From NCBI GenBank assembly GCA_013239625.1, contig MU057344.1, positions 3,744,976 through 3,808,975 of the forward strand: DNA of 64,000 nucleotides, written 5' to 3'. The notes beneath the pieces were generated by a model. The model was not told the DNA's origin. It did no database searches and was given only the letters and a program-made list of their open reading frames with translations. The translations under genes were made by a program, and so were the position numbers. The DNA comes from Lama guanicoe. Lineage: Eukaryota. Below are positions 13,220 through 30,050 of the stretch, piece after piece. Numbering within the stretch: position 1 is the first letter of the stretch; every line of letters begins with the position of its first letter.

Positions 13220-14250
13220 GCCCGNNNNNNNNNNNNNNNNNNNNNNNNNNNNNNNNNNNNNNNNNNNNNNNNNNNNNNNNNNNNNNNNNNNNNNNNNNNN
13301 NNNNNNNNNNNNNNNNNNNNNNNNNNNNNNNNNNNNNNNNNNNNNNNNNNNNNNNNNNNNNNNNCCAAACCTCCGCCCCCCCGTCTCGACCCCCTTCCTC
13401 TTGGCCGCGTTCGCCTTGCTCCCCGCAAAGCCCGGGCTGCTCCGCCCACCGCGCCCCGCAGCCGGAGTCCCGCAGCCGGCCGAGGTGGCGGCGGCAGCGC
13501 CGGCGGCACGGCGGGGGGGCGGCACACATGCCCGGATTGTGACGTCCAGTCTGGTTGCTGTGGCAACCCCATCCCATCGTTCCGGCAGCGCGACTAGTTA
13601 ACAGCGGAGAACAAGTTGGGGGGACTAGTCCTGAGCCTCCGGGTGTGGGGTGAGGACAGGGCGTTCCGGCAGGGGGAGCCGTCGAGGCTCCCGCGCGCCC
13701 GGGGACCCGACGGCCAAGCGGGCTGCTGGGACTTGAGCGGGCCGGGCCCAGCCGAAGGCAGGGAAACCCCGGCCCGCGCACCCCGCACAGGGCCCGCTGC
13801 TGCCGCCTCCCCAGCCCGGGAAGGCCCTAGGCCCCAGGGTCCCCAAGTGCGCAGAGGCGGGGTCTCCGGGGCAGCGGGCGGCGAGTCCCAGCACTCCGCT
13901 CACACGCACCGAGACCCTCGTCGCCCCGCACCGGCTCCAGCCGCAACATGCTTCTAACCCCGTTTCCAAAGAGGATTAGAAGAAAAATGCGTTCCCTACT
14001 TGGGGAAGGGTCGCTCTGGAGAGAGCGAGTCAGATTCCTTCAGGAAAATCCGTGCGGACTGGCTCCGCCCTCACCTCATCGCACCGCGCTCCCACTGCCC
14101 ACGAGCCCTCTTCCAAAACGCCCCTCCCAGCGGGGCCCCCTTTATAAACACATCCAGGCCCCCGGGGGTGATACGGATCTTCGTTCTCTGTGCCCAAAAC
14201 TCTCGCTCAGAAGCGACACCTGTCGCGGAGCGGGAAGGAGCCGCGCCACC
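12500..14250. promoter_or_regulatory. CpG island / CHD5 promoter
   Basis: Dense CpG around exon 1; CRE-like TGACGTC at 13540-13546 and X-box GGTTGCTGTGGCAACC at 13553-13568. Confidence 0.85.
13225..13364. other. Assembly gap (140 N) in the CHD5 5' UTR
   Basis: Run of N. Confidence 1.
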
Positions 14251-17108
14251 AGCCCTTGGTTGTTAAAGGTGAAGATGGAGGCCAAAGCCCTCGGGAGCAA
14301 GACTGGAATTTTAAATGAGCGCCGCCAGTCTCTCTGCTGCAGCAAGCCTTAAAGCTACTCTAGAAACGCAAAAGTTTCAGTGGCGGGCAGGGCGGCCGGC
14401 AGCCTAACCCTAGAAGAGCCAGTAGAGAGAGCACCCTCACTGCACTGCCTGGGGTCAGACACGTTTAGGGGTACCCACTGGACACCCAGTCGTCGCCGGG
14501 ATCCCACAGGCTCCACCTGACTTGGGAAGCCCAAAGCAGCCGGGAGGTCTCCTCTCTAGCTCCCACCCCTCTGGTCTTGGCTGAGCACCTGCCCCATCCA
14601 GGTGGGCATTCACCAGTACCCGTGCCACTGGCATCACCAGGAGGGCTCTTCCTTTCCTTGAGGAACCAGGGGAGTTGTGGGTGCTTGACAAGGACCCCCA
14701 GTGCAAGACCTCTTGGAGAGGTGGCCGCAACCCAATCCACAGTGAGTCCAAGCAGTGACCTGAAGGCGATGGATGGCCTGGAGAAAGCTCAAAGACATGT
14801 GGCACATTTTTCGTAGCCCTTCTGACCTAATCAATTAAAAGCAAGCCCCAAACCAAAGCTCCTCTTCATTCATCCCCCGGCGAGGGCAGGAGTGTCCAGC
14901 CTCCTGGATAAAGTGCAGGGTGCTGGGAATCCCTTCGTCTCCTGGATCAGTTTTAAGCCACACCAGGAGAGATGCTGAATCTGCCCTGGGCAGGCGGCCT
15001 GCAAGGGCAAAGGGAAAGGCGGCTGGTCGGGAGGCGGCTAAGAGAGCAAGGGCTCCTCCTGGTCTGAGGCTATATTTCACCTCCTGGGCATCTTGCTGGG
15101 GGAGCCCCAACCACCGATGCTTTGGCAGGCCTGCCTTTGCCCTGGCAAGACTGCCTTCCTCTTTCCAGACCACCTGTCTTCCTGAATGTAAACCATCCAG
15201 GAAAGAACCCTAAGCGCCCCCAAACTGCCCATCCCTAGTCACCAGCCTTGCCCCCAACCCCTCCCAGATGGGATGAGGTCAGGACACTCACAGCTTCCCT
15301 GTCCCACTTTAGAGGAATTTTGACCTACAGTGTTTCCCATCACCGGGAAGACCCCCTCCACACACACACACACCCATGCACCATGAACCTTGGCTCCAGT
15401 TCCCAAGATGAGGTTGAGATTCAAGACATCATTCAAGGAAGAACTGTTCCAACTGCTTAATTTGGCAACAAATTAGAGTTGAGATGTTCATCACTCATAA
15501 TCCTCTCCCTGCCCTCGTTCTTCCTTGTTCTCGTGAGGGACGCAGCCGGGTAATGTTACTTAATGACCAAGAACAGAGCAAAACAAAACTGGAGTGGCAG
15601 AAACAATTGGGCTTCTGACTGGAAATCTCCAGTAATATTTAGAGGGGAGTTCTGATTAAACTATTAAATGTGCATTTTAATAACAATGGACAAAAAAACG
15701 ACTGATGTTACAAGCACTACCCTAAAAAGGTGAACATTCAATAAACTCTGCAGTTCCAGGAACAAGCCTGTCGTCAAGATCGTAGTTTCAGGAGACAAGA
15801 TTCTCACGTGTGCTGATCAGAGCCTCTAACTATATACCTCAGCGACAATTCAAAATCAAAATTTTAAACAATACTTTGGCTCTGTCCACGGTTACCAGAG
15901 GCCTGTCCCCTTGGTACTGCCAAATCTGTAGTTGCCTCTTGTCAGGGTCCCACTTACAGGGTGGACCCCCCTCAAGAGGGGCCGGCACAGGGCTCGGCTT
16001 ACAGCCTTGAGAAGCTGGGGCTAAGTCACAGGCAGGGCCAGGCAGCGAGAGAGAGATGAGAACAGGCTGCCAAGGCAGCTCCCAGGCTCCCAAGGGCATC
16101 AGTGACTGACCAGGGGACCGTTATCACCATACTGGGGTCTGGCTCACCATCCAGGATGTCAAGTGACCCCTAAAAAGGCTGATGTCTCAGTACTCCAAAA
16201 CATTCTGTAATTCTGACCAATTGTCTTAAAACACATTTGGTATGATCAAAGTCTCCTGCTTCCCTGGTTTGCTACATACCCATGATTCTGAACATCTGCA
16301 CTCGGCACTGACCAGCTAGGGCTGCTCTATTTCAACACGCAGCTCTCTTCCCGAGCGCGACGAGGGCGCTACTCAGAAGAGCGCACCTTCACCACTGAAG
16401 AGCCACAGAAGGGGTGGCTGAGGCTTTTGAAAGGAAGACAACAAAATGAAGCCTGTAGGTGAGATGGCGTTGATCACACCAAGGGTGAGGTGGTGTTGGA
16501 GTTGGGAGTCAGCTGAGAACAAATCTGTACTCACTTCCCATTCCACTACTCCCATGAACGTAAATCTCAGCTTGAAACTCTCCACAACCCAATCTGTTCC
16601 TGTGCCTTGATCAGGCAGGTGAGTCATGAGGCAGGAGAGAGCAAGACAGTGAAAAGGAAATTGGTCTAAAGTGTGGCTCAGACACAGCTGGTATAATGGG
16701 GGCAACATAATTCAAGTTCACACTGCACATCCCCCAGCAGAACAAGTCATTTGTTTGCCAAGTTACTCCCTAGGCTCTGGTCTGAAGAAATTCTACATGG
16801 AGAGTCCCTTACGGTCACCCTAGACCCTCACTGAGGCTCAGCAGCAGAACTAAGGTAAGAAAATGGGAATAAAAGACTCATGTTCTTGTCAGACTTAATG
16901 AAGTCCAAGGTCATTGTTCGTACAGCCATTAATCAGTGAGGACAAACCACCAAATTTTTGCTGCTAAACAGATTAATGTGCCAATCCTTAAAAAAAAAAA
17001 AAAGCCTTGCACAATAGTAGCCATGTGTTAGCCACTTTAATATAAAATGTGATCAAAACTCAATTACAAGAGTTCAAAAAGGCATAGAAAAAACCAATGA
17101 GTTTCCAT

Positions 17109-17114
17109 TTTATT
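17109..17114 (-). terminator. Distal RPL22 polyadenylation signal
   Basis: AATAAA on the minus strand about 1.7 kb after the stop, followed by U/GU-rich sequence. Confidence 0.65.
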
Positions 17115-18746
17115 ACAAGTTTTAAAATCTGGGTGTATTGAAAAAAAAACTTATATGCTAATTTCAGCCCAGAGTTAATTTTTTTTTAACAACTAAACTA
17201 AGAATTACTACAAGGGTACATCAATGAACAAACAAGTAGAATTTGCAAACCCAAGTCACAAACTTGCTAACAAAGTTAATCATGGTAAGGGAGAGAGCAC
17301 CAAAGAGCAACTGATGCCTCAGTTAAATTTGAAAGAAACTCTGCATTCTCTGAGGGCAGAGAAACATGCAAACAATTCTGCTTCAAGAAATTTGCATAGA
17401 AATAGAAAATGCTAGCGCCTTTACCACAAATGAAATTGCAAAGCCTCAACATGTTAAATTCAATCCAAGGAGCACCAAATGTTACATTGGAGCCCAGGTA
17501 CCTTTAACTTCCAGCTATGCAACTAGCAAGAGCACAAGAATCTCAGATGGAAATTAGCTGCAGGCAAGCTCTTGAAAACCATGAATTTGACACACCATTG
17601 TCTTGAGACAATAGACATTTCTGCAGAATTTTCAGAAGGGCACCATAAGGCATCAGGGTCTCTTTTCAATGTCTCTTGATTTTGTCAGCAACAATTAGAT
17701 CTTTACAACCTCATTAATAACCCTTCACACATCTCTAGCCTCAGCACACACAGCAACAGAACCCCCAGTATCCCACAGGAACACCCCTTTCAGTTCAGTC
17801 CTGCTTAATGTCAGTTTGTAGAATGAGTTTTGACATTAAGCCCAGTCAAGGCCTAAATGGCACAGGAGCAACTACTCCCAGGGCGTCTCAGTGCTTCTGC
17901 CTCTTCAGCATGAACTGTCTCCCAATCTCCTCTCTTCACACCTGCCCCCGTGAAAAGACTCCAGAGCTGGGGCATAAAGATTTCCAATCCAGATCCTGGG
18001 GCACCTCAGATGCCCACCCCGGGAAGTTCTGCATCTCCAGCTCCCCCTGCTGGGGGTCAAAGTGACAGTCTGGCCCAAAGAATTGCAGAAACAATGATTG
18101 TTTACAAATTTCTATTTCATAGACTTCTACTTAATTGAAAACCTGGGTTTTTACAATTGGTCTTGGGACCCTTTCCTGAGGGGTAGAAGAACACACAGCA
18201 ACGCCAGAGGACCACATGCCTACAGGAAGAAAAAGGATTAACATACATAGTAATTGTGTGCATCAAGAGTAATTGCAAAAAAAAAAAAAAAAAGTAATTT
18301 GTAACCACAAAATGAAGACAAACGCCCCAGAACCCTGCATTGTATTGACTGCCATTTTCCCAAAGGAAGAGAACTCAGAAACAAGTCACTGGTTCTGCTT
18401 TCAGTGAATGAGGAGTTTCCATGTTTGCATTCCTGAATCTTTGAGATAAGTACCAGATGAAACTGACTCACCCTTTTTGGTGTAAAATAGTGACTAACTG
18501 AGCTGACATCTCCGCATCCTCATCCACCTGCTCAATGTCAAATAGCAGTCAGTTCCCTCGAAGGAGTCTTACCCATCTATTTTTGGCATTACTACCACAA
18601 GAATTGAAATCTTCAAGTAGGAAAAAAAGTCTAATTACAAGTGAGTGAGTGGCAGCCCAAGTGAAGCCCTCTTGCTATGCTTTCTGATTTTCTGTTCAGT
18701 CCACACTGCAGAGATACAAGGAAAACCACCATTTTGGTTCCTAAGT

Positions 18747-18752
18747 TTTATT
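18747..18752 (-). terminator. Proximal RPL22 polyadenylation signal
   Basis: AATAAA about 35 nt after the TAA stop. Confidence 0.75.
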
Positions 18753-18786
18753 CAATAATTCATACAAAATATTCCAGATAATTGTT

Positions 18787-25138
<6,352 letters not shown>

Positions 25139-25759
25139 GGCGGCAGCGGAGGCAGAAAGGGAGGTGAGTGAACTACGCAGACGCAAAGAGCCCGCAGCGC
25201 GCAGAGCACGCCCGGCTGAGACCGTACCAATCGCTCTGCCACGCCCCCTCGGTCTCCACCATTTCGCCCTGTTCTGTACGCTCGCGAAGCGATTATTTTG
25301 CCTGAATGCAAAACCCGCCCTCTCACCCGCCCAGAGGATTCCAGGGGGAGGAAGGAGGCTGGGTGGCCTGTCCCACTGTGAATGATCGGAGGGGGGGGGC
25401 CAGAATGGACGAGCCCAAAGAAAAATAAAGGGGTTCGCTCTACATTTGAAAGTCTTAGAAAGAAAAAATAAATAAGGAAACTCAATAAAACATAAGTTTC
25501 CAGCTAGTGGGATGGGAGTTGAACCTGCTAATTTGGGGAGGTGAGGCCCTTCTGGCCCCTGGGTCTTAATGCCCGAGCGCACTTGGCTTCTTCCTACCCA
25601 AAGAGCCCAACCAGAAAGCTGGTGCCCAGGTGCTCTAGACCTCTTTGCTGCAGATACACTCTTCACAACTTCAAGTTCAAGCCGCCTACCCTCCGATCAC
25701 CACCTCCTAGCTTTCCTGTTCATGCCGAATAGTTTCCCAGTTCCAAAATCTCTTCTGCC

Positions 25760-25910
25760 AGCCATTCTCAAACTGGCATCCCAGGAATCACTTGGGACTC
25801 TCGTTAAAATGCAGATTCCAATTCAGTGGGTCTCAGTGGCTTGGGATTCTGCATTTCTCAAAAGCTCCCAGGAGATGCTGCTGCTTCTGCTGGTCCATGG
25901 ACCGAAGTTG
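25760..25910. mobile_element. MER5-like (hAT-Charlie) DNA transposon relic
   Basis: GTTAAAATGCAGATTC ... TCTGCATTTCTCAAAAGCTCCCAGGAGATGCTG...GCTGGTCCATGGACC resembles the recalled MER5A consensus. Confidence 0.65.
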
Positions 25911-26599
25911 AGTGGTAAGGTCCTTCATCCCCAGACCTATAGTCCATGGACTGGATCACTTTCACTCACTCTCACCCCCTCGTGTCCTTAGCATTTACAT
26001 TCCAGGGTCCTGAGTTGTAATCACGCAGTTACACACACCCTCTACTCTCTTTACCTGGCTGCCGCGTATTCACCTAGTAGAAGCCCAATCCTGGCTTATC
26101 ATGGTGGAAGAAAACAATGCTGACTGGTGTAGGTTTACGCTCAGGGTTACTCTGCCAGCTGACCAAGCTGCAAGCCCCCCGCTATTCTTGACTACAAACC
26201 ACATTTCTGCTTTGCCAGCTGCCCCTGCTTGGGTCCCTTTCAATGGGCTCAGAGGGAAGACTGGAGGAGGAAGAGACTTCTTTGTTTCCTTCCTGCTTGT
26301 TCCTGCTCTGTTGCTGTCACCTACTCCTGAGTCTTTATCCTGGTAGTACCACTTGCAACATTCCAGAAACAGCCATTGAATCCAGTTTGCAGTTATTCCA
26401 ACACTTGTAGAACCAGCCTCTTTTTCTTCTCCCCAGAGACACGAGCCCCAGCTGAGCAACACCTCCTCCTCAAGATATCAGTTTCCTGGGCCCCCTCCTT
26501 CAAGTTTCTACATTTTAATAAAACCAGTCTAGTAGTGGTAGCTGCTTCCTGCCTGCAGTAGCTACGGTTCTTATTTCACCCCTCAAGTCACCTAGGATA

Positions 26600-28200
26600 C
26601 AAGTCTTGCACCTAGTTAACAATCTTTAGTGTGCGTTCTCCCGACAGATACGTCTCCTAACTCTGACCAAGCCTTGGGGCTTCCTGACAATCCTCTACAT
26701 GACTATTTCCCACCTCTGATCAGATTGCCAGCCCCTTGCCCCAAAACCTCCCTCTTAGCTGATGACTTCCATTACTCTTTTTTTGAAAACATAGAAGTAA
26801 TCCAAAGAGAATTTTCAGACACTCCCACCTTCATATCTAAGCGTCCAGCAACATCTTTACCCAACTCAGCCTTCCCTCCTGTTACTATGGAAAATGGGTC
26901 CTTGCCCCCACCTGAGGTCAACCCTGACATAAGGGCATTCATCTCGCATACTTTGGTCTACTTGAGGACATCACTCCAACAGTCCTTGCCCCCCACCTCA
27001 TGAAATCATCTATGTATCCTTTCTTCTGGATTTTCTCCATTAGCATGTAACCATTTTTTAAAATCTCCCATCTTAGCGGGGAGGGTATAGTTCAGTGGCA
27101 GAGCGCGTGCTTAGCATGCACGAGGTCTGGGTTCAATCCTCAGTTCCTCCTTTGAATTAATAAATAAATAAAAACCTAATTATCTCCCCATCCCCCCCAA
27201 AAAGATTGAGAAAATCTCCCATCTTAAAACGGAAAAAGCAATCTCTCAACTCCCAGCATTCCCTGTCAATTACCACCCCTTTTCTCTCTTTACTATGGAC
27301 TCAAATTTTGTGTCCCCCAAATTCATAGTTGAAGCCCTAGTCCCATCGAGGTCACTGGTGACATCCCCCTGCTAAGCACTGGGGTCGGGTCTCGCTCCTC
27401 CTCTTCCTGCTTCTGTTAGCATCGGACGCCACAGGTCACTCCCGCCTCCTTGATGACCCTTCTTCCCAGGGAGCCCCCAGCACCTCAGGCTCTCCTGTCT
27501 CTCCTCCCACCTCCCTGGCTGCTCCTTCTGTGTCTCCTTGCTGCTCCTTCCTCCTCCCTGGACTCAAGAAAGAGCCACAGGGCACAGAGCTCCTCTCGCC
27601 TTTACCTGCACTTGACCTTTTGCATGCCCTGGACTCATGCCCTTAAACACGACTCCCCCAGTCTGTGTGTGCAGCCTCACCCTTCCCTGGACTCCTGCAG
27701 TCTCTAGTCTAGAGTGTCAAGCTGACCACCATCACCTCCACAACACCACTCTCACCTCGCACCCTCCTCCCTACACTCAAACCCACAGCCCTCGCCCTCA
27801 CTGTCCCCTCTCCGCCCTTACCCACTCCATCCTCAGCCTCACCCCCACCCTGAGTCCCTTCATCTCCACCCACTTTGGTCTTTACTTTCCTCTAAATTTA
27901 TTCCAACTGCTGGGACCTTGTACTTGCTGTTCCCTCGGCTTTGAACCCTTCCTGGCTTTTCTTGGTTCTGATTTCTTCTCATCCTCCAGAGGCTCTGCCC
28001 ATGGTTACCTAGTGTGTCCTCAGCTCCACCCCCTCCCGGCTACCCTCCATCACATCATCTCACTTCTTTCCTTTGGAGCGTTTAACACAGGCTGTCATTA
28101 TTGGACTTGTTTATTTGTGTACTTGGCTGATGTGTTCCCTTCTCTGTGCAGGGCCCACGGCAGATGCTCAGTAACTATTACTCAAATTGATGAAAACCGG
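26600..28200. mobile_element. Degraded L2-like LINE fragments interrupted by a young SINE
   Basis: Pyrimidine-rich degraded sequence ending in the L2-like tail CAGATGCTCAGTAACTATTACTCAAATTGATG; boundaries rough. Confidence 0.5.
27076..27210 (+). mobile_element. tRNA-derived SINE (camelid vic-1-like) with a 16-bp target-site duplication
   Basis: A box TAGTTCAGTGG, B box GGTTCAATCC, A-rich tail. TSD AAAATCTCCCATCTTA at 27060-27075 and 27211-27226, with a TTTT/AAAA L1-endonuclease-type site. Confidence 0.9.
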
Positions 28201-29039
28201 AACGGATGGGCTAAAGAAGCCCGAGTGTCAGGAACAAACAGCCACCTCCAGAGGAAAATAATGCATCATTTATTTATAAAGAACCCATCCAGTTCTGTAT
28301 AGCAGCTCTACCTCCTACTAGGGTAACATTTTCTACTTTGTAAGGTTGTCAGGATTAGATGAGAAAATACAAGGAAAAGAGCTTTGACTAGTATCTTGGC
28401 TCATAAACATTGACCATCGTTATTATGACTTGGAGAACAAATGGAACGAGGTCTAAGGAGGACCCTTAAAGGAATAAGTAGCTCCTGCCTAGAATTCACT
28501 TCTTTTCTTCCCCCTGGCAAACTTCTACTCATCCTTCAAAACCTAACTGGAATATTATCTCCTATTTTTTTTTACGTATTAGTAAGATTTTATTGAGTGC
28601 CTTTTGTGGGTCAGGCTCTGGGCTTCACTATGATTTCAAGAGGGTCAGAGACAGGGGCCCCTTCACATAGCTCACCATGACGTGTGCAGAAAAGGCGGGG
28701 ACCCTGGAGAAAATGACACTTGGTGAAACAAGTACCTACCGGGCCAAGAAAGACAGAGGGGGGCCGGCTGGAGAGGCTCAGAGCTTCCTCTCTCACTCTC
28801 CCGCCCAAACCTACCTCTTCGGGGAGAACTGGCTGATGATGGGGGTGGGGTCTTAATTTTTTGGAAGCTGAGGACGTTCATTTCACCTCATTGAAGTCTC
28901 ACCTCATCAACGGGAGGCCGCCCTGTTTAACCCGGCTCTGAGGCTCTAAGAGGTCAGGAACTTGGCCGAGAGTCCCCCCAGGCAGCCAAAGGCAGCCCTG
29001 GGATTCCAAGCGCTCTCACGTGATCTCCCAAACACTGGG

Positions 29040-30050
29040 GTGTCTGCGGGAGGGGAGGGAGGGGCGGCTGTTGCTCTCTGGCGCCCTCAACTGGCCGTCT
29101 AGGAAATGAGGCCGCGCGAAACCACTCCTGTCCCCGCCCGAGTCCGACGGGACAGGGCCGGTCTAGCCAGGGGGACCGTGCACCCTCGAGGAGCCCGCAG
29201 GCAGGGTCCTCGGGCCCCGCTCTGCGCGGCGTTCCCGCGGCTCCAGGTTCCAGACTGTGTCATCCCGGGCGGGGTCCAGTCGGAACCTCGGACCCTCGCC
29301 AGGAGCCGTCCTTTCCATCCGCGGGTTTCCGCTTCTCCTCTGGGCGAGGTTTGGAGGGCCGCGACCGTGACCGGTGGCCGCCAGCCTGGGAAAGGTGGAC
29401 AGGAGCACCGCGCCCGAGTAACGGTGCACCCAGCACGGAAGGAGTGTCGCCTGCAGGTCACCCAGAGGACACCGGGAGGGGAATTCCTGGGGTGGGAGTG
29501 AGGGGAGGTGGGAGAGGAGAGACAGGCAGGGGGCGGCTGGGCGTTGGATAGGAAGCACTGCCGGCCTGCGGCCTGACCTTCCAGGGCACCCCCCGGGAGA
29601 GGCGAGGAGGGCCAGCACAGGGCGCCCGCACGCCTCCCGGCGCACTCTCCCTGCGCCCGGCGCTCCAGCCGCCGGCCCCGGGCCCCAGTTGCTTCCGGCT
29701 CCACGACAGCTGGACGCCGGGTGGGGTCCATCGGGAGAGGTAAGAGGGAGCCAGTGACGGGGCAGACAGACGGCGGGAGCCCCTGCGGTCTCCGCGGACA
29801 GACTCCCGCACCAAGGGCGCCCCGCCACCTTCCTTCGCTGTCCCCGAAGATGTCCGGAGCTATCTTCGCTCCTCTGGAGGGCCCGAGCGCGCTGGACGCG
29901 GCAAGCGGCCACCCGCTTGTGTGCCCGCTGTGCCACGCGCAGTACGAGCGCCCGTGCCTGCTGGACTGCTTCCACCACTTCTGCGCCGGCTGCCTGCGCG
30001 GCCGCGCCGCCGATGGCCACCTCTCCTGCCCGCTGTGCCAGTGAGTGCCT
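29040..30050. promoter_or_regulatory. CpG island / RNF207 promoter with a probable non-coding exon 1 ending at 29739
   Basis: CpG-dense; donor GAG|GTAAGA at 29739/29740; acceptor AAG immediately before the ATG at 29850. Confidence 0.75.

Noticed and set aside
15878-15898. RE1-like GGCTCTGTCCACGGT upstream of CHD5
   Set aside because: Only one half-site matches; the GCTGA half is missing
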